Source: an uncultured Rhodospirillaceae bacterium (lineage in GTDB: Bacteria > Pseudomonadota > Alphaproteobacteria > UBA7887). From it: a DNA stretch of 64,000 nt. The position numbers were made by a program, and so were the translations under genes. The stretch spans positions 66,265 through 130,264 of the forward strand of contig CAZEWK010000086.1 in assembly GCA_964515905.1 (NCBI GenBank). Direction: 5' to 3'. The notes under the pieces are model-generated. The model was given only the letters and a program-made list of their open reading frames with translations, searched no databases and was not told where the DNA came from. Shown in pieces: positions 49,913 to 60,536 of this stretch (the stretch's first letter is position 1; each line of letters begins with the position of its first letter).

Positions 49913-51451
49913 ATGCTGCCGACAACTCCGTTTTGGATGCAAGGTTTGGGTTTGATTATACTCGGTGGGGTGGGAAGCCTCGCTTTTGCCCCCCTTCATG
50001 CAGTTATTGTTTTGGTGCCAGTCCTCACGGGTTTTTACTGGGCTATAAACCGGGCTTCCAGCCCCGGATCCGCATTCCTATTTGGACTATCATTCGGGTT
50101 AGGTCATTTTTTGACGGGCTATTATTGGATCGGAAATGCGTTTCTGGTGGCTGGTTGGGGCCTGTTGGTTGCTATTCTAGCGGTTTTTTGTCTTGCGGGC
50201 GTCTCCGCTCTCTTTGTCGGATGGGTGGCTTGGGTGTGCAGATATTGTGGAGCTCTTGGATTTAAGCAAATACTGTTGTTTTCTGCCCTGTGGACTTTAG
50301 CTGAGTGGTGCCGAAGTTTTTTTGTGTTCGGCGGTTTTCCCTGGAATTTATTGGGCTATGTTTGGGGCATTTCAGATCCGATGATGCAGTTGGCGTCAGT
50401 GGTCGGCGTTTTTGGTATGAGCGCAGTTACTGTTCTATGTGCTTCTATGCCGGCCCTGCTCCTTTTCTTGCCGAAGCTTGGTTATTGGGAAATATCGCGA
50501 TGTATTGGTGCTCCTATGCTTATTTTGTTAGCAATATGGGGCGGTGGAGCATTAAGGTTGGATGCTGCCAACGAAACGATGAAGGAAGGCATTAAACTCA
50601 GGTTGGTGCAGGCAAATATTGTGCAGGATGAAAAATGGGACCTAGCGTTAAGAAAGACTCACTCGAGGAACTATTTGACACTAAGTCAAACGGCCCTTTC
50701 GGCAGACGTCACACATGTAATATGGCCTGAAACCGCCACGCCTTACGCCTTGGACCGTGACGAAGGGGCGCGACAGATGTTGGCGTCGGCTGCACCTCAA
50801 AACGGGTTGCTTATTACAGGGGCCATTCGTTTCTCTGATAGTGAGCACGTGCCTCAGGAGATATGGAATGGGTTGCAAGCCGTTACGTTTATGGGGGAGA
50901 TTGCTGGTTCTTACGACAAGAGGCGTCTAGTGCCATTTGGGGAGTACGTTCCATTTCGGAATTGGTTGCCAATTAGCAAACTAGTTCAGGGGAGCCGTGA
51001 TTTTACGGCAGGTACTGGGCCTAGAACAATGGATCTACCTGGTTTGCCTCCAGTGGGTCCATTGATTTGTTTTGAGGTTATTTTCCCTGGCGTTATTGCA
51101 GACAAAAATCGACGTCCAGAGTGGTTTCTTAATCTTACTAACGATGCTTGGTATGGCCACACTGCAGGTCCGTATCAGCATTTGGTACAAGCACAGTTTC
51201 GAGCCGTTGAGGAGGGGCTACCGTTAGTGCGTGTAGCAAATACAGGTATATCTGCGACTATTGACGCGTATGGTCGGATTGTAAAATTTTTGGCGCTGGG
51301 TGAGCGGGGTGTTATAGATACGGGTCTTCCTGATAAAATAAGTAAGGGCACCTATTACAGCAGTTATGGTAATGTCCCGGTTATTTCTTTGGTCAGCCTG
51401 GTAATTGGAATATTTGTATTTTGCCGTTTCCGGCATCAACTATGTTATTGA
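49913..51451 (+). CDS. lnt: apolipoprotein N-acyltransferase
   Basis: Transmembrane N-terminus plus a CN-hydrolase domain (LICFEVIFPG). The start is ATG 49913 or GTG 49889. Confidence 0.88.
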   Translation: MLPTTPFWMQGLGLIILGGVGSLAFAPLHAVIVLVPVLTGFYWAINRASSPGSAFLFGLSFGLGHFLTGYYWIGNAFLVAGWGLLVAILAVFCLAGVSALFVGWVAWVCRYCGALGFKQILLFSALWTLAEWCRSFFVFGGFPWNLLGYVWGISDPMMQLASVVGVFGMSAVTVLCASMPALLLFLPKLGYWEISRCIGAPMLILLAIWGGGALRLDAANETMKEGIKLRLVQANIVQDEKWDLALRKTHSRNYLTLSQTALSADVTHVIWPETATPYALDRDEGARQMLASAAPQNGLLITGAIRFSDSEHVPQEIWNGLQAVTFMGEIAGSYDKRRLVPFGEYVPFRNWLPISKLVQGSRDFTAGTGPRTMDLPGLPPVGPLICFEVIFPGVIADKNRRPEWFLNLTNDAWYGHTAGPYQHLVQAQFRAVEEGLPLVRVANTGISATIDAYGRIVKFLALGERGVIDTGLPDKISKGTYYSSYGNVPVISLVSLVIGIFVFCRFRHQLCY

Positions 51452-51635
51452 ATCTGGTAATAGTAGTTAAAACTACTTGGCTAGCATTATAGGTACCAAG
51501 AGTCAGTTGTTTTCTAGAGATCCGTCTGTTTAAACGTCTGGGACATAGCGCTTTGGTAGTGCAAGTGCTATTAAGCCAGAAGTCCAGAAGTTTTTTTGAA
51601 TAGTGTTCCTGTTTTTCTCTTACTAGAGGCTAAAA

Positions 51636-52802
51636 ATGCCCGTATCTAAATATTTGTTCACTAGCGAGTCTGTATCAGAAGGTCATCCGGATAAAGTGTG
51701 TGATCTTATATCGGACGCTATAGTTGATATGTATATAGCAGCGGACCCAAAATCCAGGGTTGCTGTAGAAACAATGGTGACTACAAATCTGATTGTAATT
51801 GCCGGTGAGACACGCGGTCCTGAAATTGCCATCAGTAAGATTGAGGAAACAGCTCGTAGAGTAGTTCGAGATGTAGGTTACGAACAAGAAGGATTCCACT
51901 GGAATGAGTCGCGAGTGGATGTTCATTTGCATCGTCAGTCCTCTGATATTGCGATCGGTGTGGACGCTGTGGGCAACAAGGATGAGGGAGCTGGGGATCA
52001 GGGAATTATGTTCGGATATGCGTGCCGTGAAACAGATGTTTTGATGCCTGCCCCAATTTATTTTAGTCACGAGATCTTGCGATCGTTAGCACAAAAAAGG
52101 CATGCGGGAGATATGCCTGAATTGGGGCCCGATTCTAAAAGTCAAGTGACCCTTCAATATGAAAATGGACGACCGGTCCGCGCAACTTCAATCGTTGTAT
52201 CTACACAGCATGCCTCTCCTTATAATCAAGATCAGATTCGTGAGATAGTTCGACCGCATGTTGAGAACGTCCTGCCTGATGGATGGATGTGTTCGGAAAG
52301 TGAATTTTATGTTAACCCGACGGGAAGGTTCGTGACAGGTGGGCCAGATGGTGATTGTGGACTGACAGGGAGGAAAATCATCGTTGACACATATGGGGGT
52401 GCGGCACCCCATGGTGGTGGGGCTTTTTCTGGCAAGGATCCAACTAAGGTAGACCGATCTGCAGCTTATGCAGCCAGATACCTTGCCAAGAATGTTGTTG
52501 CTGCGGGTCTTTGCGAACGCTGCACAATACAACTTGCGTATGCAATTGGTGTGTCCAAACCGCTTTCTGTTTACGTTAATGCACATGGAACGGCCGACGT
52601 TGAAGAGGATCATCTTTCTGAAGTGTTGCAAAATTTGATGGACCTATCGCCGAGGGGAATACGAGAGCATCTGGCTTTAAATCAGCCTATCTTTGAACGC
52701 ACAGCCGCTTATGGCCATTTTGGGCGTGAACCTGATGAAAGTGGGGGTTTTTCCTGGGAACGTTGTGATTTAGTTGAGAGTTTGCGTAAGGCTTTTCTGT
52801 GA
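51636..52802 (+). CDS. metK: S-adenosylmethionine synthetase
   Basis: 388 aa starting [16 protein letters not shown], with the motif GGGAFSGKD. Confidence 0.95.
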   Translation: MPVSKYLFTSESVSEGHPDKVCDLISDAIVDMYIAADPKSRVAVETMVTTNLIVIAGETRGPEIAISKIEETARRVVRDVGYEQEGFHWNESRVDVHLHRQSSDIAIGVDAVGNKDEGAGDQGIMFGYACRETDVLMPAPIYFSHEILRSLAQKRHAGDMPELGPDSKSQVTLQYENGRPVRATSIVVSTQHASPYNQDQIREIVRPHVENVLPDGWMCSESEFYVNPTGRFVTGGPDGDCGLTGRKIIVDTYGGAAPHGGGAFSGKDPTKVDRSAAYAARYLAKNVVAAGLCERCTIQLAYAIGVSKPLSVYVNAHGTADVEEDHLSEVLQNLMDLSPRGIREHLALNQPIFERTAAYGHFGREPDESGGFSWERCDLVESLRKAFL

Positions 52803-52834
52803 TATTTCTTTAGTAGGATCTGAAGATTTAGCAA

Positions 52835-53536
52835 ATGGTTTATGGAAGGCGTAAGGGTCGAACAATGCGCCCGCGGCGTAAAGCATTAGTCAATTCTCTG
52901 CTGCCCCAGATCCGTATTAAAGTAGAATCCTGTGAAGAACGGTCTCCTTTACTAAATCTTGAACAGATATTTAGATGGGATCCTAAGGAAGTTTGGTTGG
53001 AAATAGGATTCGGTGCGGGCGAGCATCTCGCGAATCTAGCGCAAATCAATCCTAAAGTGGGGTTTATAGGGTGTGATCCATTTTTGGAAGGTGTTGGAAA
53101 GCTTTTATCCCAGATAGACTCATATAATCTGAATAATATTCGTATTTTCCCGGGAGATGCTCGAAAACTGATGCCTGCCTTGCCGTCATCCTGCTTAGGG
53201 AAGGTGTTACTTCTATTCCCCGATCCATGGCCCAAATACCGGCACCATAAACGGCGAATAGTTAATCAAGTATTCTTAGATTCCGTTGAACGCATTTTAT
53301 GTAATGAAGGAGAATTCGTCGTCGCGACAGATCATGAAGAATATGGGAATTGGATATTAAACCAGCTATTGCGCCATGATGCATTTTGTCGGGCGGCCCA
53401 TATAACCACCGACTGGACTATTCGACCAGAACTCGGGGAGCGTACACGTTATGAAGATAAGGCGTTGCGGGCTGGCAGGAATTGTTACTATTTACGGTTT
53501 CGGAAATTGGATATTGACAGAAGGCTGCATGATTAG
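52835..53536 (+). CDS. trmB: tRNA (guanine46-N7)-methyltransferase
   Basis: Contains the motifs LEIGFGAGEHL and FPDPWPK. Confidence 0.9.
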   Translation: MVYGRRKGRTMRPRRKALVNSLLPQIRIKVESCEERSPLLNLEQIFRWDPKEVWLEIGFGAGEHLANLAQINPKVGFIGCDPFLEGVGKLLSQIDSYNLNNIRIFPGDARKLMPALPSSCLGKVLLLFPDPWPKYRHHKRRIVNQVFLDSVERILCNEGEFVVATDHEEYGNWILNQLLRHDAFCRAAHITTDWTIRPELGERTRYEDKALRAGRNCYYLRFRKLDIDRRLHD

Positions 53537-53630
53537 GCGGAGGGGAGGGTCCCTAAATGCTTGAAGGTAGCCATAAAGCTGTTATAAAGGTAGGAAAGCC
53601 TGGTTACCAAGGCTTGTAATTAGTTTGGAC

Positions 53631-53657
53631 GTGGGCTGTGGGCCCACTTTTTATTTT
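53631..53657 (+). terminator. rho-independent terminator after trmB
   Basis: A GTGGGC-tgtgg-GCCCAC stem (53631-53647) is followed by TTTTTATTTT. A second imperfect hairpin lies just upstream (AAGCCTGG..CCAAGGCTT). Confidence 0.55.
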
Positions 53658-53680
53658 GGGTAGCCGCTACAGTGTAACGT

Positions 53681-54202
53681 GTGGATACGGACGGTAGAGC
53701 GATGAACCAGGTTGAGGACATAGAACGTTTGATTGCGCCGGCGTTAATGCCAGCAGGTTACGACTTAGTGAGGGTTTGCGTATCTGAATCTGGACGCCGA
53801 ACTTTGCAGCTAATGGTAGAGAGATTGGATGGGGTAGCTATTTCAGTGAATGACTGTGCAACCGTTAGTAAAACAGTTTCGGTCCTTTTGGATGCCGAAG
53901 ATCCGATCAGCGGTCATTATGATCTTGAGGTAAGTTCGCCTGGTATTGACCGCCCCTTAATAAGGGAGGAGGATTTCAACAGTTATCTGGGTTTTGATGT
54001 GGAAGTGCAGACAAAGAAGAAAATCAGTGGCCAGAAAAAATTTTGTGGCAGATTGGTCAAAGTGACTGAACTGGCTGTGAGCCTGAGTATTTGTGCTGTA
54101 GAGAAGACCATCGAAATACCGTTTTTGAGTATCAAGGATGCCAAGCTGAGTTTAACGGAAGATCTTCTTTTATCATCTCGGAGTAGTACTGATAATGAGT
54201 GA
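53681..54202 (+). CDS. rimP: ribosome maturation factor RimP
   Basis: Contains the motif YDLEVSSPGIDRPL. An alternative start at 53702 is possible. It overlaps nusA by 8 nt. Confidence 0.88.
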   Translation: MDTDGRAMNQVEDIERLIAPALMPAGYDLVRVCVSESGRRTLQLMVERLDGVAISVNDCATVSKTVSVLLDAEDPISGHYDLEVSSPGIDRPLIREEDFNSYLGFDVEVQTKKKISGQKKFCGRLVKVTELAVSLSICAVEKTIEIPFLSIKDAKLSLTEDLLLSSRSSTDNE

Positions 54203-55808
54203 AGTGGTATCGGAAGACATTAAACAGGGTCTTGTGCGGCCAGAATTACTGCATGTGGCCGATGCAGTGGCTCGGGATAAAAACATCGACCGTGAAATCG
54301 TCATACGGGCGATGGAACAAGCTATTCAAACGGCAAGTCGCAGAAAATATGGCCAAGAATTGGATATTCGTGCGGAGATTGACCGTTCTACAGGGGAAAT
54401 ACGACTAGCCCGTGTTAGAAAAATAGTTGAAGAAGTCGAAGACGATGCTACTGAAATAAATCTTGAGATGGCCCAATCCATTAATCCTGTTTTGACGATA
54501 GATGGAGAGGTGACCGAAGCTCTGCCTCCTATTGATTTAGGTCGGGTAGCTGCACAAGCGGCGAAGCAAGTCATTGTGCAGCGGGTCCGGGAGGCAGAAC
54601 GTGCCCGCCAATATGAGGAATTTAAGGATAGAGCCGGCGAAATCGTTAACGGTGTAGTAAAACGGACGGAATATGGCAACGTAATAGTCGACCTTGGGCG
54701 TGGTGAAGCTGTATTGCGACGTGACGAAGCTTTGCCCCGTGAAACGTTTCGGAACGGCGATCGTGCCCGTGCACTGATTTACGAAGTTCGAGAAGAAACC
54801 AGAGGACCACAGATTTTTCTTTCTCGGACACGACCAGAACTTATGGCCAAGTTGTTTAGCCAAGAGGTGCCGGAGATATATGATGGAATAATCGAAATTA
54901 AATCTGTGGCGCGTGATCCTGGGAGCAGGGCAAAAATCGCAGTCTTATCAAATGATTCAAGTATAGATCCTGTTGGGGCATGCGTTGGCATGCGTGGGAG
55001 TAGAGTGCAGGCGGTTGTTAATGAACTGCAAGGAGAAAAGATTGATATAATTCAATGGAATCCTGATCCTGCAACGTTCATTGTAAATGCGTTGGCCCCT
55101 GCCGAAGTTACTAAGGTTGTTTTGGACGAGGAACAAAGGCGTATCGAGGTTGTCGTTCCTGATGACCAACTAAGCTTGGCCATAGGACGCCGTGGTCAAA
55201 ATGTCCGACTCGCTTCAAACCTGACGAGTTGGGAAATTGATATTATGACGGAGCAACAAGAATCAGACCGTAGAGTTGAAGAATTTAGAGTCGCATCGCA
55301 AGCATTTATCGATCACTTAAACGTTGATGAGGTCATCGCACACCTACTAGTGACAGAGGGGTTCAGCGATGTAGAATCAGTGGCGTTCGTCCCAATTGAG
55401 GAGTTGGGAGAAATAGAGGGATTTGACGAATCTCTCGCCGCTGAGTTGCGGCAACGAGCACAAAATTATCTGGTGGAGCGGGATGAAAAACTAGTTCAAG
55501 AGTGGAAATCTTTAGGAGTAAGTGAAGAAATAGCTGCCATTGAAATGTTGTCGGCAGGGATGGCTGTCTCATTAGGGAATGCTGGAGTGATGTCCTTAGA
55601 TGATCTTGCGGGGTTAGCTAGCGACGAACTTCGAGAAATCGTTGGCGAAAAAGAACTGTCAACTGATGAGGCAGATTCTGTCATTATGGCAGCGAGAGCC
55701 CATTGGTTTGCGGAGGAGGCTGGGGGCCAAAGCCAGGATATGGTTGCAGCAGGGGAAGAAGTTTCAACCCAGGATACCAGTGATGACAGTGGTAAGACAA
55801 TTAACTGA
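54195..55808 (+). CDS. nusA: transcription termination/antitermination factor NusA
   Basis: 537 aa with an N-terminal domain, S1 and KH domains, and C-terminal acidic repeats. Confidence 0.95.
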   Translation: MSEVVSEDIKQGLVRPELLHVADAVARDKNIDREIVIRAMEQAIQTASRRKYGQELDIRAEIDRSTGEIRLARVRKIVEEVEDDATEINLEMAQSINPVLTIDGEVTEALPPIDLGRVAAQAAKQVIVQRVREAERARQYEEFKDRAGEIVNGVVKRTEYGNVIVDLGRGEAVLRRDEALPRETFRNGDRARALIYEVREETRGPQIFLSRTRPELMAKLFSQEVPEIYDGIIEIKSVARDPGSRAKIAVLSNDSSIDPVGACVGMRGSRVQAVVNELQGEKIDIIQWNPDPATFIVNALAPAEVTKVVLDEEQRRIEVVVPDDQLSLAIGRRGQNVRLASNLTSWEIDIMTEQQESDRRVEEFRVASQAFIDHLNVDEVIAHLLVTEGFSDVESVAFVPIEELGEIEGFDESLAAELRQRAQNYLVERDEKLVQEWKSLGVSEEIAAIEMLSAGMAVSLGNAGVMSLDDLAGLASDELREIVGEKELSTDEADSVIMAARAHWFAEEAGGQSQDMVAAGEEVSTQDTSDDSGKTIN

Positions 55809-55872
55809 TGTGTTCAGTGTAAATGCGATTATTGTACAATTGGCGCATCCATTTGACGACTCAAATTGGAGG

Positions 55873-55896
55873 TTGTTTGAACGGAGTTTCAAACAA
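55873..55896 (+). promoter_or_regulatory. perfect 9-bp stem-loop (TTGTTTGAA-cggagt-TTCAAACAA) in the nusA-infB spacer
   Basis: The inverted repeat is read directly from the sequence. It ends 18 nt upstream of the infB ATG. Confidence 0.35.
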
Positions 55897-55913
55897 CGTT
55901 ACAAAGTGGTGCT

Positions 55914-58529
55914 ATGACAGATAAAGAACTGCAGGACCGTAACAACACTGAAGAGAAGCCCTTGGGGTTAACTCGTCCTGGTCGCTTAGAGTTGAGAAAA
56001 ACAGTTGAGAGTGGACAGGTGCGCCAAAGTTTTTCGCACGGCAGGACTAAAACAGTTCAGGTGGAGAAAAGAAAAAAGCGAACCTTTAAGAGAACACATG
56101 CCGGTAAAATGACGGAAGTGCAGGAGTTGGAAGAACGGAAGGTTCTGGAAACTGCGGTACAGACAGATGAGTCTGATCCAAATGCTATAATTCTGGCCCG
56201 CCATTTGACCGAAAAAGAGCGCGCAGTGCGGGCGGAAGCGTTGGAAGGTGCGTTGAAGGCTGAGAATGAAGCGCGTGACGTCGAACTTCTCGAAGAGCCC
56301 CAATTAAGTGAAGAGGTTGAACTATCAGAGGTTTCCTTAGAAACAATTGATTCCGATATGGAGCAGGAAGGCATTGAATCTAAGGAAACAAAACAAGCCT
56401 TGCCCGCGGAGAAATCTGAGAACGATGTTACCGCAACTTCTAACGAACCAGAGTCTAACGTCGAAACAGATGTTAAAAAGGTTGACCCGACTGTTGTGGA
56501 TAAATCTAGCGCAAAAAAACGTGAAACGGAAACTGATGGCGGGGAAAAGGATCGTAATAGTAAATCCAAAAAGAGAGGAGATGGTAAGCGGCTTTCAATA
56601 GAGAGGCGAGGTTCTCAACAGAGGCGTCGGGCAGGAAAGATGACCGTGGTACAAGCCCTGAATGAGGAAGATCGTCAGAGAAGTTTAGCTTCCGTGCGGC
56701 GAGCGCGTGAACGGGAAAAGCGCAATGCGGAAGTAGATGAAAACAGACAGGAAACACGGAAAATTGTCCGAGATGTTGTGATTCCCGAGATAATAACTGT
56801 GCAGGAACTCGCGAATCGAATGGCCGTGCGTGGGGGAGATGTTGTTAAAGCTTTAATGAAGATGGGTGTTATGGCAACCATCAATGAAGTAATTGAAGGT
56901 GACACAGCTGAACTAGTCGTCGATGAGTTTGGTCATACGGCTAAAAGAGTAAGTGAATCCGATGTAGAAATCGGGCTGAAAGGCGATGAAGATGGTTCCG
57001 AGATGCTCGTCGAAAGGCCGCCGGTTGTTACCGTGATGGGTCACGTAGACCATGGTAAGACTTCATTGCTAGATGCACTGCGTAATGCCAATGTCGTTGG
57101 CGGAGAGGCTGGTGGAATCACGCAGCATATAGGGGCGTACCAAGTTGAAACTGCAGACGGAAAGAGAATTACCTTCATTGATACGCCGGGACACGAAGCA
57201 TTCACTCAAATGCGTGCGAGGGGAGCTAGTGCTACAGATATCGTGGTTTTAGTGATTGCAGCAGACGATGGTGTGATGCCGCAAACAGCTGAAGCTATAC
57301 AGCATGCTAAGGCCGCTAACGTACCAGTTATTGTAGCTATCAATAAAACGGACCTACCAAATTCAGATGTTGAGAAAGTAAAAAATGAATTACTTCAGCA
57401 CGATGTGATTCTAGAACATGTTGGTGGCGAGGTCCTCGCGGTTGAGGTGTCGGCAAAGGAACGTTTGAACCTGGATAAGCTACTTGAAACAATAAACTTG
57501 CAATCAGAGTTGCTGGAACTAAAAGCTAATCCAGATCGCCCAGGTGAAGGGGTTGTTGTAGAGTCACGGCTAGAGAAAGGTAAGGGTGTTGTGGCGACAG
57601 TTCTGGTCAAGCGTGGGACGATCCGTACGGGGGATATTCTAGTGGCAGGGGCCGCTTGGGGCCGTGTTAGATCCTTGCTAAATGATAGGGGTGAACAGGT
57701 ACCGACTGCAGCACCATCATTGCCAGTTGAAGTGTTGGGGCTAAATGAGACTCCTGGTGCCGGTGACGAAGTTGTTGTAGTTGAAAGCGAGGCCCGAGGG
57801 CGGGAAGTGACAGAGTATCGAGGAAAGGTAGTAAAAGATCAGTTGGCGGTTGCCGGTCGCCGTGGGACCGTAGAGCAGATGTTTACGCAAATTGCGGAGG
57901 GCGAAGCGAGTGAAGTCCCACTCGTGGTAAAAGCGGATGTTCATGGTTCTTTAGAGGCAATTTTATCGAGCATAACTCAACTTGGTACAGACGAAGTAAA
58001 GGTGAAAATCTTATTATCTGGTGTGGGTGGGATAAATGAATCAGATATATCGTTGGCTGCGGCATCGGATGCATTTGCGGTAGGGTTTAATGTCCGTGCT
58101 GACGCACCTGCACGGGCATTGGCTCGCCGAGACGGGGTTGATATTAAGTATTATTCGATAATATATGAGCTTCTTGAGGATATCGGAAACTTGATGTCGG
58201 GTTTGCTTGCTCCAACAATAGTGGAAAGTACTCTCGGATATGCACGCGTGAAACAGGTTTTCACTATTTCTAAAATCGGAAAAATTGCTGGCTGTGAAAT
58301 TACAGAAGGAATAGCGAAAACGGGAGCTAAGGTGCGTCTTTTACGAGACAATTTAGTTCTTCATACTGGTCAAATGTCCACTTTAAGACGCCATAAGGAC
58401 GATGTTCGAGAGGTAAAAGAAGGACTCGAATGTGGTATTGGATTAGAGAAATATCATGATATTAAAGAAGGAGACGTGCTAGAGCTTTTTGAGGCGAAGG
58501 AAGTAGCGCGTTCGATCTCTAAGGACTAA
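55914..58529 (+). CDS. infB: translation initiation factor IF-2
   Basis: 871 aa with a charged N-terminal region, a G domain ([24 protein letters not shown]) and C-terminal beta-barrel domains. Confidence 0.96.
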   Translation: MTDKELQDRNNTEEKPLGLTRPGRLELRKTVESGQVRQSFSHGRTKTVQVEKRKKRTFKRTHAGKMTEVQELEERKVLETAVQTDESDPNAIILARHLTEKERAVRAEALEGALKAENEARDVELLEEPQLSEEVELSEVSLETIDSDMEQEGIESKETKQALPAEKSENDVTATSNEPESNVETDVKKVDPTVVDKSSAKKRETETDGGEKDRNSKSKKRGDGKRLSIERRGSQQRRRAGKMTVVQALNEEDRQRSLASVRRAREREKRNAEVDENRQETRKIVRDVVIPEIITVQELANRMAVRGGDVVKALMKMGVMATINEVIEGDTAELVVDEFGHTAKRVSESDVEIGLKGDEDGSEMLVERPPVVTVMGHVDHGKTSLLDALRNANVVGGEAGGITQHIGAYQVETADGKRITFIDTPGHEAFTQMRARGASATDIVVLVIAADDGVMPQTAEAIQHAKAANVPVIVAINKTDLPNSDVEKVKNELLQHDVILEHVGGEVLAVEVSAKERLNLDKLLETINLQSELLELKANPDRPGEGVVVESRLEKGKGVVATVLVKRGTIRTGDILVAGAAWGRVRSLLNDRGEQVPTAAPSLPVEVLGLNETPGAGDEVVVVESEARGREVTEYRGKVVKDQLAVAGRRGTVEQMFTQIAEGEASEVPLVVKADVHGSLEAILSSITQLGTDEVKVKILLSGVGGINESDISLAAASDAFAVGFNVRADAPARALARRDGVDIKYYSIIYELLEDIGNLMSGLLAPTIVESTLGYARVKQVFTISKIGKIAGCEITEGIAKTGAKVRLLRDNLVLHTGQMSTLRRHKDDVREVKEGLECGIGLEKYHDIKEGDVLELFEAKEVARSISKD

Positions 58530-58551
58530 TAAGAAATATAAGTTCGTCGTT

Positions 58552-58989
58552 ATGATACAACGCTTTTCATCGGATGACCGTTCTGATTTGTCAAAACAGC
58601 GCCAACTTCGTATTGGTGAATTATTACGTCATGAACTTTGTGATATTTTTCTCAGAGACAATTTACGGGATCCGCGCTTGGCTGGTAGTTCGATCACGAT
58701 TTCAGAGGTCAGAGTTAGTCCGGACTTACGTTATGCTACGGCCTACGTTTCACTGTTTGGAAAAGGCAATATGGAGACCGTACTTAAAGGTTTAAAACGT
58801 GCCGCACCTTATTTGGGGAGGAGAGTAGCGAGCGCAGTAAAACTTCGCAATTCGCCCAAATTTGACTTCGTTGCTGATGCTTCTGTTGAGCAAGCGGTAC
58901 GAATCGACGCTTTGTTGCGTCGCCCTGCGGTAACTAGAGATTTGTCGGGTCGAAAGGGACCGGGTAAAATATATGTGCCCGGGGAATAG
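58552..58989 (+). CDS. rbfA: ribosome-binding factor A
   Basis: 145 aa with a KH-like RbfA core (RIGELLRHELCDIF...ITISEVRVSPDLRYATAYVS). Confidence 0.9.
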   Translation: MIQRFSSDDRSDLSKQRQLRIGELLRHELCDIFLRDNLRDPRLAGSSITISEVRVSPDLRYATAYVSLFGKGNMETVLKGLKRAAPYLGRRVASAVKLRNSPKFDFVADASVEQAVRIDALLRRPAVTRDLSGRKGPGKIYVPGE

Positions 58990-59929
58990 TGGTGTAACCC
59001 CTTCCAAGAAAGGAAAGGTTCACTTACATGGATGGTTTGCTATCGATAAACCTATCGGTATGACATCCACTCAGGTCGTATCTCGGGTGCGACGGCTAAC
59101 ATCATCGTTTAAAGCAGGCCACGGCGGAACACTAGATCCTCTAGCCTCAGGTATCTTACCGATTGCTCTCGGGGAAGCCACTAAAACGGTATCTTTTGTC
59201 GTGGACAGTAGAAAGCACTACCGCTTTACTATCAGGTGGGGACAGCGTCGTGATACCGATGATGCGGAAGGGAGAGTCGTAGAGCGAAGAGACTTGCGAC
59301 CGAGCGCTGACGACATAAATAGAGCCCTACCCAAATTCATCGGTAGGATTATGCAAAAACCTCCTAATTATTCTGCCGTTAAGGTAGGAGGGAAAAGAGC
59401 TTATGATTTAGCCCGACAGGCTAAACCACTCGATCTTAAGCCGCGTCCGATATTGATTGAACGTTTGCGTCTGATTGAGGTATTAGATGCTGATCACGCG
59501 TCTTTTGAGCTTGAATGTGGGAAAGGGGGATACGTCAGGGCGTTGGCTCGGGACCTTGCCGCTGAGTTGGGGACAGCAGGGTATGTTTCGGCACTGCGTC
59601 GCACAAAGGTTGGGCCGTTTACCATGGATAAAGCGATTTCACTTGCCGAATTGGAAGCGCTCAACGATAGTGCGTCCTTTAGTGGTCGTTTGTTGCCTCT
59701 GATTGAAGGTTTGGCCGGTGTTCCAAACTTAGTGATAGATGCAGAACAGGCTGGGCGTTTGCGAAATGGGCAAGGTGTTCCCTTGGCGAATAGGTCGGTT
59801 TCCAGGGATGGACTTGATTTAGCGGAAACAGCGGTTTTATGTGCGGTATTGGGCACACGACCGGTGGCTTTGGTAAGGTTTCAAAAGGGAAAGATTTGCC
59901 CGGCTCGGGTTTTTAATTACTCCCATTAA
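58973..59929 (+). CDS. truB: tRNA pseudouridine(55) synthase
   Basis: Catalytic Asp in AGHGGTLDPLASG, plus a PUA-like C-terminus. Confidence 0.92.
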   Translation: MCPGNSGVTPSKKGKVHLHGWFAIDKPIGMTSTQVVSRVRRLTSSFKAGHGGTLDPLASGILPIALGEATKTVSFVVDSRKHYRFTIRWGQRRDTDDAEGRVVERRDLRPSADDINRALPKFIGRIMQKPPNYSAVKVGGKRAYDLARQAKPLDLKPRPILIERLRLIEVLDADHASFELECGKGGYVRALARDLAAELGTAGYVSALRRTKVGPFTMDKAISLAELEALNDSASFSGRLLPLIEGLAGVPNLVIDAEQAGRLRNGQGVPLANRSVSRDGLDLAETAVLCAVLGTRPVALVRFQKGKICPARVFNYSH

Positions 59930-59964
59930 GAAATATTGGTTGGAAGAGGAGCTAAGACAAAAAT

Positions 59965-60234
59965 ATGTCGATTACCGGCGAGCGGAAAATTGAATTGATA
60001 GGTGAATTTGCGCAGTCGTCAGATGATACTGGATCACCTGAGGTTCAGGTGGCGGTTCTTACTGAACGTATCAGTAATCTGACGGAACACTTTAAACTGC
60101 ATAAAAAAGACGTCCATTCGCGACGAGGTTTATTGATGATGGTCAGTAGGCGCAGACGTTTGCTGGATTATTTAAAAAGTAAAGACAATGCCCGTTATCA
60201 GAAATTGATAGAACGACTTAATCTTCGTCGTTAA
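59965..60234 (+). CDS. rpsO: 30S ribosomal protein S15
   Basis: 89 aa containing [32 protein letters not shown]. Confidence 0.95.
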   Translation: MSITGERKIELIGEFAQSSDDTGSPEVQVAVLTERISNLTEHFKLHKKDVHSRRGLLMMVSRRRRLLDYLKSKDNARYQKLIERLNLRR

Positions 60235-60536
60235 CGGAATTAATTTATGGTTGGAAAAATTGGTGCAGATATCTTTAGGATCTTTGCCCAACAAGTCGCC
60301 CTGGGCATCTAAGTTTATTAAAGTTCCCAATTTAGTTGGCCTAATAAATCGATTATTTTCCACAGAGATGTGGCAGCAAAACTATCTATGTCGGAACTTT
60401 CGATCTAATTTTTCTGGTACAGGGAAGTTCAGTTGTTATGTATTCGGCTTGTGTTAACAAAATATACGGAGTGCAAGTGATTGTCGGCCGGTTATCGAAA
60501 CGGGCGTCAAAAGGTTTGATTTGGAAGGAATAAAAT

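Noticed and set aside
55642-55917. 91-aa ORF spanning the nusA end and the nusA-infB spacer (possible ylxR-like gene)
   Set aside because: It overlaps the last 167 nt of nusA in another frame and has no Cys motifs or other DUF448/YlxR features. The spacer is better explained by the hairpin element.
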